Source: Thelocarpon superellum
Taxonomy: Eukaryota
Reading direction: 5' to 3'
NCBI GenBank assembly: GCA_026025795.1
Contig: JAPEUG010000142.1
Location: 1 to 37,892, forward strand
Length of the DNA: 37,892 nt
Below, piece after piece: positions 22,518 to 33,467 of the stretch. The translations under genes and the position numbers were made by a program. Position 1 is the first letter of the stretch, and every line of letters starts with the position of its first letter. Under the pieces are notes generated by a model. It was given only the letters and a program-made list of their open reading frames with translations. It ran no database searches and was not told where the DNA came from.

Positions 22518-22671
22518 TAGCAGGAGGGAGAGGGAAAGCCGAGCATGCATAGTGCAGGAGTGTCAAGCAGGGAGCGAAATTCATGAATTTGGTATCTGTG
22601 TCCGTCCCTGATCTCTTTCCGTCTCTAGCTATGACGTAACCTTCGTCAATCATCACTCATGCCGTAAGACC

Positions 22672-22696
22672 CCCTACCCTACCCTACCCTACCCTA
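22672..22696 (-). repeat. (TAGGG)5 on the minus strand, 4 nt after the DIS3 stop
   Basis: Five perfect CCCTA units on the plus strand. Confidence 0.95.
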
Positions 22697-22700
22697 TCAC

Positions 22701-25700
22701 TCATCTCACCAACTCAAACTTGATCTTCCGTCGACCCGTCGCATCGTCCCTCTGGTCCGAGATACGCACGGGCAATTTCTGGAACAATTCGATCGCTAGC
22801 GTCTCGGTATCGGGCCCGTCGTTCTTCGTGCTCCTTGCATCCGCCCTGGCACCCTCGCCGCCATCCACGTTGATCCGCAGCACGTAGTTCTCAGCGTCAA
22901 AATCCGACGGCGGCTCCGGCGACGCCAGGTCGCGCAGCCGAATGAGGCTCTCGATGCCGAAGCGCGGCACAAAGACGACGAAGCCGTTGGAGAATACCTT
23001 CATCACGAACCCTTCCTCCTCCACCACCCGCCCCTTCAGCGCCTGGCCCACGTAGTACTCGATGCTGGCGCGGCCCGCCATCTGCGCGTTGCGGTGCCGC
23101 ACGTTGATGTTCTTGCACACGTCCTCCACCTTGCCTTTGCTGTGCAGACTCGCGTCCACGGGCTCGTACTCGATCGCGGCCGCCAGCTGCCGGTGTGCGA
23201 TCAGGTCGGCGTATCGTCGGATTGGACTCGTAAAGTGCGTGTAGATCTCGCTGGCTAGGCCGTAATGCCGGAACTCGGGGTAGGCTTGCGTGCCAGAACA
23301 GAAGTACTCGGCCGACATCATGCACCGTGTCGCCATGATGCGCACCAGCGTGTTGAAAAAGGGCTCGGCCGGGTCGACGCACGTGTCCAGCGAGTCCGCC
23401 AGCGCTTTGGAGCTCTCCGTACGCAGTTCCATTCCACGCTTCACTTTGAGTTGATTGGCGAGTTCCTCAAAATTGCTCTTCGGGGGCGCGCCATGCCGTC
23501 GTAGCATGGCCGTCTGCGGAAACGACTGGTAGATCTTGCTGGCGACGCTGATGTTGGCGAGCAGCATAAACTCCTCCACCAGCGAGTTCGTGTCGAGCAT
23601 CCTCTTCGTCTCCACGTCCGCGGGGTCCGACGTCTCGGACTCGATTTGCACCTTGACTTCGGGGCTGGCCAGGTTGAGCGCGCCCGCGTCCATGCGTAGC
23701 TGGCGGAGCTTCTTCGACAGCATGAGCAACAGACGCATGCCTTGCGTGAGATCATCCTGGTGGGAGCGGTCGTCGATGCGAAGTTGGGCTTGCTCGTAGC
23801 TGAAGGCTTCTCGTGACCGGATCACCGACTTGGTGAAGGTAGAGCTGACCAATTCGGCGTCGGGCCGGAATTCCCATAGCACGGAAAAGGCATATCGCTC
23901 CACGTAAGGTTTGAGGGAACAGAGGTCCGTGCCGAGCAACATCGGGAGCATGTCAATGCGCTTGTCCACCAGATATACCGTTGTGCCGCGCGAACTGGCC
24001 TCGGCATCCATGGCGTTGTTCGGTCGCACGAAATGAGACACGTCGGCAATGTGCACTCCCACCTCGAGATTACCGTTCGGGAGGGGCCGCGCATGGAGCG
24101 CATCGTCGATATCCTGGCATCCCACGGGATCGATGCTGCACACCAGCAGGTCTCGAAGATCTCTCCGTCCTTGCCACCCTGCATCGCTCGTCGCTGCAGG
24201 CACCTTCCAGTCATGCCCTTCCGTAGGTAGGCAGGCCAGGACGACCTGGGGGAAGGGCCGGTACTGCACGTCGTACTCCAGCAGGAGAGCCTCCGTCTCC
24301 GCCTCTTTCGTCTCCAGATCGCCCAAGGATCGCACGAAATGCCCCACCGGTTGTCGACTATGCCGCTCCCACGCGTCAATGGTCACCAGCACCCGTTTGC
24401 CCAGCAGTTCGCCCGCCTGTCGGGTTCGAACGCGGATCTTCGGGATCCGTTTGTCCATGGGCAGGAGAAAGACGGTCTGCTGCTTCCGCCCTTCCTTGCC
24501 CGCGAGGCTGACCGAGTTAGGATCGATGTGACCGACGTACTGACGCCAGTTCCGCTTGACGATGCCAACCACCCGCGCCGTTGGCTGTGGTCGGCCCTCG
24601 ACGCTTTGTCCGTGCACCTTCTTGATCTCTTCTTGGAGCGCCCGGATCTCCTGCGTCGTCACCACTGCCTCGTCCTCGTCCGCCTCGGCGTTGTCGTTCT
24701 TGTTGAGCGTCTCCTCTTCGATGATCTTCGACGACGGGGTTTTCCACTGACCCCGCGGCAGCACCTCCACCGCCACCACGTCGCCTTGGACCGCCCGGTT
24801 GATGCTCTCTCGCCCAAGGATCAGCAATGACTTGTCAAAGGCCGGGACGTGGACGGAGGCTTCGAGGAAGTTGTACGACGACACGTTGAAGATGCCTTGA
24901 TGCAACGTCCCCGCATTCAGTCCCGTCGCGACTTTGGACAGAGAGAAGTGGTCGGCGTAGAAGGTCTGCTCGCGGGAGGATTTCACCTCCTGGTTCTGTC
25001 GGCTGGCGCTGATCATGTCAAGGAATCGGTCGGCCTCCTCGAGGCCGGCGACGTAGTCGGGTACTGCGCCACCATTAGCTATCTTCTGTACACAAGCGTC
25101 CACGCGAAGGTCCAAGGGGAGACCTACGTGAGCACGCCTCAAGACCCTGATCCCGGGCCCTGCGCCGATTCTCTTTATCGTCGGTGAGCATCACGATGGC
25201 CAGATCTGCCTTGGCATGTCCCTTGGCGGGCGTACTCTGTCGAAGATGCGCGCCATACCACTTGACGGCCTCGCGTACAGCACGGTCATTGCGGTCATTG
25301 ATGGTCTCTCCCGGGGCCCGATGAACGTAGGTTTCGAGGCGAAATTCATTAAAGAAGACATAGAATCGTTTTTCCTCGCTCTTACTGAGGGCAATCAGAC
25401 GATTGTACAGGGGCAGGGACCGATTCCGGAGCTCCTCGAGCACCGTCTGTAGCACGATGACGTCGTAAAATGCGGTGGTCTGCTCGAACAAGTCCATCCC
25501 ATTGAGAAAGGCATTGGTGTCAGGGATCAGATAGTGTCCGCGCGGGATGGACTTGGTGCCTGCAGGATGGTCGGACAGAACGAAGGGAGCCACTGATGCC
25601 ATGTCAACCTTCGCAGATCGTTTTAAACTCCCATGGCACAGCACATACCAGCGCCATTGGCAGTAGCCGGGGCATCTAAGGGACACAGTGTGCAATGCTT

Positions 25701-25856
25701 GGACGAGCATGGAATGTCCTGTCGAAGATACAGCTCCCTCACGATCTTCTGCACCTTTCCACTCTTGGTGGACCTTACAAAGACCTTGCTCGAGATGTTC
25801 TCGGCGTGAGGGTCAGTGCCGGCCGACCGTTTGAAGCTCGTCGTGCTGGATGCCAT
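22701..25856 (-). CDS. DIS3: Exosome catalytic subunit Dis3/Rrp44 (CR3-PIN-CSD-RNB-S1), about 1011 aa. Exons 25856-25649, 25592-25128, 25063-22701
   Basis: CR3 motif [21 protein letters not shown] motifs [16 protein letters not shown] and MLTDD; RNB catalytic [15 protein letters not shown] and [21 protein letters not shown]. Introns 25648-25593 and 25127-25064, 3036 nt in frame. Confidence 0.97.
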
Positions 25857-25967
25857 GGCGTTCGGGTATCAAGGTCTTCTACACCATCCACTCATCTCAT
25901 TCATATTGGGATATTCCCACCGTTGAAGGGTCCACTTTGGATCGGGCGTAAACTCGCGGGCTCTCGA

Positions 25968-25979
25968 ATCTGATAAGAT
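25968..25979. promoter_or_regulatory. ATCTGATAAGAT GATA-type motif about 110 nt upstream of the DIS3 ATG
   Basis: Exact 12-mer match to 7449-7460; promoter-proximal position. Confidence 0.45.
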
Positions 25980-27320
25980 GTGAAGATCAACACGTCGGGG
26001 TCGGATTTTTCTGATTACGTAATGAAAAGAGGGATTGACGAAACCTCTGGGAAGCGGTTATTTGACCCTGTGGCGGTCAACGATGACTAACGCCGAGACT
26101 CCTTCAAAGGACTCCTTCAAAGATGTGCACGCATCATCCGTCGCCCATGCCTCCACGGAGCACACTGCCTCAGCTGCCCGGTGGTGCATCCCGATTCCTG
26201 GGCCTAACCGTCCAGACAGAGACCAGATGCCGATGTGTCGAAAGCGCATTTCCCGCCGAGTGCCCAATCGGATGAGGTGAGACGGGCTGCTGACACTCTT
26301 TGCTCCTATTGCGAGACCTCCCCTATCTGGACCGCATCTCCCACCACTAGCACGCAAGGGATGACCAGGCGAGGACGTAGCTTGTCCAAAAAGACCAAGA
26401 GGTGCGAGCAATCGTCGCACGAATGCAGCTGCACGGGGATCCAAAGATAGATTCTGCACGGCGGTTCTCAGGTGGGAGTTGGCAGGCTTGATCGACCAGG
26501 TGCATTGCCGATTCGAGAGCTCCAGCGGCACCAGCAGTAGCTCTCGGTCGTGCCTCGACGTGAGGTACGAGTGCTTGTCCCGTTCGCCCGTGCGTCCGTC
26601 GACGACATGTCCTCGACGGCCGTTTCGCGAGGCCCGGTGGAAGCCGCATTGATCAGGGCCATTGTTCCAGATGGCGCCACCGCCCCGCGACTGCCCAATG
26701 GTGGTCGTGCTTGATCCCTTTCCCTTTCTCTACCTGTCTTCCACCTCACGCACCGAGGGTGACGGGGGTTTCAAGTCCTTTGGGACATGCAAGCCATCGA
26801 TGGCTCCTACACGCCACGCACGGCCACGCTCTAGCGTCCCGTTGGTAGGAGGCTTATCTAAATATGGGGTTGACGTGCAATCCATCCCGAGGTCGAATGT
26901 AAGTCTGCAAAGGGTCACGAACACATCTATGAAGCGACTTGCATAAGAGCAATGCATCCTATGCAAGGAGCTCAGACCCCGTGCCAGCGGTCGAGATAGC
27001 GATCTCTTTCACTCGGCAGTCGATGTTGGTCACCGTGGAGGGTCCCGGTGTTTCAGGCCCTGGTGATCGCAGCATGCGTGAGCCGATGTGGTAAAGATTG
27101 GTCACTATCCACTTGCAGCGAGATCGTCGGGTCGGATGTGTCAAGATGATATCGTTCCGAAAAGGGGCGGGACCCGACGATCGTGTCGGTGCTGGCTGGC
27201 CGACCGCATCGGTCTCTGGGTCCTGGCAGGAGCAGAGTGGGGAAGAGACACTATCCGGGGCGGCGCAGATCAAGCATCGCCAGCTGCACTGGTACTACAA
27301 TTTGACAGACCTGGCGCCAC

Positions 27321-27640
27321 GTGTGCATGTGCGTGTGCGTGTGCGTGTGCAGCTGAACCCACCGTGCCGGTTGTGCCTCAACCCATGGGCCCAATGTCGA
27401 GGGCCGACGCGGACGGCAAGCAAGAAGAAGGTGCAGGTGGCCATGATGGCACTGCTCCTGTCGACCTGGCGGACCGCGTGCGCCACTCGGATATTTCATA
27501 TGATGATATCACACCGTCGGGATCGTCTCGGAGCTATTGCTCTCTTCCGGTGCAGAGCAAGATCCTGGGCCCAGACCAAGACCAAGACCAAGACACGAAG
27601 CGAAGAAACGGGCAAGCGAGCAAGCGAGCAAGCGAGCGGG
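27321..27640. repeat. Cluster of short tandem repeats: (GTGCGT)n at about 27321-27350, (CCAAGA)n at about 27571-27594, (GCAAGCGA)3 at about 27612-27638
   Basis: Read directly from the sequence. Confidence 0.85.
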
Positions 27641-29766
27641 CGGGCACGCAAGCACGCCAACAGGCTTGGTGCGAGCGATGATCCGTGCAGAGCATATCGT
27701 CGCCCCCTCGGTGTCGGGCTTGCCGTTGCAGGGGACGGGTGGAGGACAAAGGGCGCTAGCAGAGGTCAGTCGGGCAAGTGGCACACGGAGCGTGCGACGG
27801 ACTTGTCCTGGCGGCTCGTCGTTTCCTGGACTGCTGGCCCATCTCCCGGCCATCGGCCGCCAAGCAGGACGCAGCCAAGGCCAGACGAGAGCAGGCAGGC
27901 GTGGCGGGAGATCTGCTGTATTGCCTGCTGCAGGCCCCTCGCGCGTTGCGGTTGCGTCGGCCGTGGCCAATTACGGCCGAGCCAGGCCCTCCCAGTGCCC
28001 CTCCTGTTCACACCATCCCGTCGCCATCCCGAAGCCGGCCGAACGTTAGAACTCCCGCGTCCTGCTCGCACGGTGGTCTGTGGCGAGCCACCCTGGCCGA
28101 CGCTGGGCCACACAGGGGATGGGGGGGTGGGTGGGTAGACGGACGGGGGACCCGGGGGCGTAGAACGGGGGGGTGGAAGCGACCGAGTCAGCAGGCGGCT
28201 AGTCAGTGACGGGTTTCCGACGTCGCGACCGGGCGCTGCTCACCACCGCTCGGCTGCAGCGTGGACCGGGGGCCACCTAGCGCGAGATCTCCGATCGCCA
28301 GAGGACGATACGATGCCCTCTCGCGCTGCCTCTCCATCAGCCCACGGGATCAGGTGAACGTCGAGCGTCCGCCGGGCCGGGCACCAGCCGAGCCTCCAGC
28401 TGGCCCACGCAGCGCGATGACCGCTGCAATCCGCGGCGCGCGCGGGCCATTGGTTCGCTTGCACCCTGCACTCGTGCTCGCCGAACGAGGACGGGCAGCG
28501 CGCTAGCGAGTGGACGACGTGCCGCCCGAGAACGTCAGTGGCCACCTTGCTTCAAGCCACGTTTGCCTGCTCGGCGTGGTTGAGCGAGCGCGGCGCGTGC
28601 GTGCTCGTGGTTGTTGCTGCTGCCGCTGTGCCTTGCGCTTACGAAGGACTCCGACCGACGACTCCCGCCCAAAGTCGGCGAGAGGAACGAGGTTAGTGCG
28701 TTGCTCCGTAAGATTCCAGCATGCTCATGCTCTGGTGGGAAGACGTGGGTACGGGATCGGGCGTGCGTCTTCGTACAAGTATCCGGACGAGGTCCCGTGT
28801 TGTTACTTGGGATCCCCCGAGGTCTCGGCAAGTGAACATGACTGAGACTTCGTCCCGACTGATGGCAGCATGGAGACAGTGCCCGGACGAGACTGTCCTA
28901 CGGGATCGACATAGCCGCCCCAGGGTGTCCCGAGTCCTGACCAAAGACTGATCCAAGCGCCCTGGATAAGCTATCCATCCAACTCGCACTGTCGAATCCT
29001 CTATCTTATCCCCCAGACAGGGCGCCCATTCTCCCGCTGCCGCCGCCGGCGCGTCCGCCGTCACTGCGAATCCAATCCGGCTCCTTGTATGGGATGGTGC
29101 GGAGCGCACCACAACCCGGCCCGCATTTCGGCGTCGCCTCGCCGCCAGCGATTACTCGCGAAGATGACATTCTTCGCGGGCGGCCGAGAGCCAGGTATAG
29201 TATGGTAGATAATCCGACCAAAGTTGGGAGACATAGAGCCGCCGCGGTGGCGTGGGCGCCCACGACGACGGTTACGGACGGGCCTTGCGCGACCATGCCT
29301 ACGGCCGACCGCCGACCGACTCCCGCGTCTCGAAAGCACCGGCCCACTGGCGGTAGCCCGTCACTGCTGCACGTTGTCTGCGTGCTGCAGGGTACCCTTC
29401 GCCGTGCCTTGTCTTCCTTTGCAGCTGCGACGGCCCCGGGGCTTTTCTGCGCCTCGCTTTGCGTTCTGGCACTCGCGCTCGCCGCCCCGTGCAGTGGTAG
29501 TCCGGGTCGACCAGCCACTAAGCCGTAGCGTCTGCCCCAGCATCCGGTACCCGTCTGACGCATCTTCTTCTCCGTCCATGGCGCACACTGGATCTGAGCT
29601 TATTCATTGATCCCCCTCCGCCACTTCCCTTGGCCGCCGATCACCCTCGCTCCGCGTCCCTCGTCCTCAGTACTCCGTACTCGTGCAGGGCCGCAGCAGG
29701 AGCAGGACGAGTACGAGCAGTCCTCTAACTCTAACCGGACGAGCACTACGAGGACTGGCTCCCTGC

Positions 29767-29767
<1 letters not shown>

Positions 29768-29803
<36 letters not shown>

Positions 29804-29815
29804 GCTGCCGCTGCC
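29768..29815. repeat. (GCT)11 trinucleotide repeat followed by GCC/GCT units
   Basis: Read directly; lies in the non-coding region upstream of RSC7. Confidence 0.95.
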
Positions 29816-31090
29816 GGTCGCGCCCACCCTTTCGCACCCCGTCCAGACCCAGGCCCACGGCCACGCCCACACGACCACGGCCCACGGACCATTCGTGTAC
29901 CGCCCGCGCCGCCGTCCGCCGTACACGCTCCATCGCTGCATCGCTGCATCGCGGTACTGCTGGTCGAAACGTGCGACCTGGCCTCGCCGCGACTACGTAC
30001 AACCTACGACTTACGCCTGGGCGGAAGCACGGAGCAAGCCTCAACGCCCCGCGCATCCGCGTCTGCGCCCGCGCCCGCACCCGCGCCCGCATTGTCCTTC
30101 CTCGCTCCCTTTCTATCTCTCTCTCGTGTTCGCTCGCCCTCGCTCTCACCCACCCCCATCTGACCCCCCCCGGTCCGTCGGCGTCGGATGTTTGCGACGA
30201 CGCGGTGACAGGTTCGTCCGTGGCCGCGCTACTGCTACACCGTACGTCGGGGCGCCACTCCAGTGAAACAATCCTAGGCCCTTGGCCCCGTCGTCGGACG
30301 ATTGTTCGCACGTCCCGCTGTAGCCATTTTCACGCAACGTCTCGCCGCGCTGCTCTGGTCCCATCGCTGCTCACCCGGCTAGTGCTGCGTGGAGTCGGAA
30401 AGTCAAGGTAGAAGGTGGACGAGACCGCAGGGACAGGCCAACAGGCGGCCTTCTGCTTCCCTGCCGTTTCCCTTCCTCTCCCCACCACCCACCACCCACT
30501 TCTCTCCCCTCGCCTACTCACGGCTCCCCGTCAAACCCCCAGTCGCACCGACCGCACCACCGGACCGGGGCCTGCCTTTCGGACTTGTCGCCTTTGGGTC
30601 TTTGAACCTTTCGCCATTCGCTTCTGTGGCCTCCGCCTACGACCACCCCTCCCTTCCCACCGGCGCACTGCATCGCACTGGTCTCGCCTGGTCTCGCATC
30701 ACCGTCGCTCGTTCGCCATCGCCCGCTGCGCGAACTGGCATCATCGTGATCCGACCACCACCCTCGCGATCCGCTCGCTGGGGTCGCCGGTCGTCATCGC
30801 AATCCCGCCGGTCCGCGCCCGATTCACTGGGGACGCCGCACCGACTCCACTCCACTCCTCCACTCCTCCCTCCCCACTCCTCTCCGCCCGCCCGCGCGCC
30901 GGGGCCACCTCGCACCATCGTGGCTTCAGCTGCATGCGCTTCCCCCCGGGCTCCTCCTCCGCTGTCATCGCCCTCACGTCGTCACGCACCCGCGCGCCCG
31001 CCTCGCTCGCCGGGCCCTGCGCGTCCCCTACCCTCTCGCCCGTGAGGCTGCACGCCACACCGCGCCCGCCGCCGCGCACCGCGCGACACT

Positions 31091-33467
31091 ATGTACTCCA
31101 CACCCCACCCGGTCACGACCTCCATGAACACCATGGGCGGTGGCATCATCGATGGCTCCGGCACCATCAACCCGGCCGCCCTCAATTCTGCAGGTACGTT
31201 CGCCGTCGTCGGCGCCTCACCGTCATGATCCGATCACGCGTGGCGGCGCGGGTGCGCCCTCGCATCGCCTCCCCTCCCCATCCCATCCCATCCCCCCGCG
31301 GAGTGCGCCCACGCTGACTCCTTCTGGCGTGCGTGGTAGGCCTGTCGAATCCCTCCTCGCTGATCGCGACCGACACGACTTCACGCGGCCTCAAGCGGAG
31401 TCGGTCGCCCGAATCGTACAATGAGCTACCTTTGTCTGGCGAGGGCGACGACAATGGTGCGTTCCCTCCCCCCTACGCGATGCTGGCCGTTGGGTCGCCG
31501 CGGGCACCCGTGGTTCCCGCTGACGCGTGAATCCGTTTGCAGATGACTCGAAGCCTCGAAAGCGGGGCCGACCTCCCAAGCCCAACGCCAAAGGACCCGG
31601 CGCATATCCGCCCAGCCCGACGCAGTCCAATCCGCAACAACCGCCGTCGGCAACGGCGCCGGCGCCCCAGGCACAGACCCCGCAAGCGCAGTCGCAGGGC
31701 CTACCACCCCCAGCGAACGTCACCCCGCCCACGCAAACATCCCCCGCGGCCAAGTCGACGCCAACCAAGGCCGTGGTCAAGGCCTTGCCCACCGTGCGCG
31801 ATCACACGACGGATCAGTTGGGCCCGGAGGGCGACGAGTACATCCCGCGAGAGTACGATGAAGCGGGCGAGCGCAAAGTCACCCCGACCGGCCATCCGCT
31901 CGACGGTCGGGAATACAAGTGTCGGACCTTCTTCGTGCCCAATCGGCACGACAAACTATTCATGCTCGCCACCGAATGCGCCCGCGTCCTGGGCTATCGT
32001 GACTCGTACCTGCTGTTCAACAAGAACCGATCGCTCTACAAGATCATTGCGACCCAGGCGGAGAAGGATGACCTGATCCATCAAGAGATCCTCCCTTACT
32101 CCTACCGATCGCGCCAGATCGCCATCGTCACGGCCAAGTCCATGTTTCGCCAGTTTGGAAGCCGGGTCATCGTCAACGGACGGCGAGTGAAAGACGACTA
32201 CTGGGAGAGTAAGGCGCGGAAACAAGGCTTCACCGAGGAAGACATGGCTGGGGAGAAGCGGCCAGGCGCGGCCAAGGCACGCGATGCCGCCGCCGCCGAA
32301 GCTGCCAATGCCGCCGCCGCCTCGGCGCACCATGCCGACATCGTCTACAGTAATGGCCCTTCGCACCTGGACGCGCACATGGCACCCCAGGCGTTGCAAG
32401 GTGGCCTGGCCGGTCCCGGCTCCAGTCTGGCCCCACTGCCCATGATCCTCCCTCCCACCGACGACATGCGTCTGCGAGATTATGGCAACGTGCCACGTCC
32501 GCGACAAGAGATCTCGGGTCAGCCGTATCAGGATCGGACGCAGGCCAACAGCGGCACCGACATGATGAACCAGGCGCAGCACACGGCGGACTTCAACAAG
32601 GCCCTCACGCAACAGCGCGGCGCACGAGGCAAATATCTTGATGACTTCTGGAACAAGCCGCGCGAGCCGGTCGCCGGCATCGCGCCACCGCCATCACATG
32701 GCGGCGGTCCGGCCGACCCGCCATCCGTTCCACATCAGGCCTTACCCTCGCCGCAGCTGTCGTCGGGGGGACTGTACAGCGCCGAGTCACCAGCCCCATT
32801 GCAACACCCACCGCGGGGCGCGCAGCCCATGATGAACCACCAGCAAGCCTACTCGCAACAGCAGCAGCAGCAGCAGCACCAACAACAACAACAACAACAA
32901 CAGCACCAACAGCAGCAGCAGCAGCAGCAGCAGTCCCATGCGCAGCATTCCCTCGCACAGTCTCCCATCCGAAGCATGCCGCAGGGCTCCATCCGACCCG
33001 AGCAAATGCACCACCGCTCGCCCAATCTCAATCTCGGCTCCACCACACCCAATCAGGCCGGCAGTCCGTACGGGTATTCCCCGCACTCGCAGATGTGGCC
33101 TCCGTCACAGCCCCAGCCGTCACCGCTGTCGCAGTCGCACCACCCCATGCCGCAGTATAGCCCTCACGTGTCGCATGGACCGCCGGCACAAGCCTCGCCC
33201 CATCAGCCCTCGCACCAGATCCATCAAGGTGGTCCGCCGCCGATGCAGGGCGGCTCGTTACCGTACCAAGGCATGCCAGCGATGGGCCCGTCAGGCTACC
33301 ATCCAGTGCCGGCCGGACGGGGTCTCTACCAGCCGAACCAGAGCCCGCAGCACTTCATGCATCAGACGACGGCGGGCGCTCAACCGGGCATGCAAGGCTG
33401 GGCTCCTCCGCCGGCCCAGCAGAGTCCTCACGGGCCACAAGGCTGGAGTTGGGGCACGAGTGGGTAG
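31091..33467 (+). CDS. RSC7: RSC/SWI-SNF accessory subunit of the Rsc7/Npl6/Swp82 family, with an AT-hook and a Q/P-rich tail, about 714 aa. Exons 31091-31193, 31340-31456, 31543-33467
   Basis: CRC-subunit-like domain (GERKVTPTGHPLDGREYKCRTF...FMLATECARVLGYRDSYLLFNKNRSLYK...RSRQIAIVTAKSMFRQFGSRVIVNGRRVKDDYWE) and AT-hook KPRKRGRPPK. Introns 31194-31339 and 31457-31542, both with GCTGAC branch points; 2145 nt in frame. Confidence 0.88.
32856..32933 (+). repeat. Coding CAG/CAA polyglutamine tract (Q7-H-Q8-H-Q9) in RSC7
   Basis: In-frame CAA/CAG runs separated by CAC codons. Confidence 0.93.

Noticed and set aside
22197..22656. Poly-Leu, poly-Arg and poly-Pro ORFs at the GCN20 3' end
   Set aside because: Artefacts of the (GAG)n microsatellite read in other frames.
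22672..22696. Interstitial telomere
   Set aside because: The unit is CCCTA, not CCCTAA, with only five copies between two core genes. Kept as a microsatellite and G4 candidate.
27088..28209. Long overlapping ORFs up to 346 aa
   Set aside because: They run through several microsatellites, have GC-driven composition, and show no domain or coherent splice structure.
28780..28980. Local hairpins (GTCTCGG/CTGAGAC, GACAGT/ACTGTC) with CTGATGG and CTGGATAA, suggesting a hammerhead ribozyme or TPP riboswitch
   Set aside because: The hammerhead core needs CUGANGA plus GAAA, and the TPP aptamer needs a CUGAGA...UGAU-CUGGAUAAU-CCAGCG arrangement; neither is complete.
29600..30411. ORFs with poly-L, poly-C, poly-Q, poly-S or poly-A runs
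   Set aside because: All are different-frame readings of the same (GCT)n repeat, Arg/Pro-rich, mostly with non-ATG starts and no domain.
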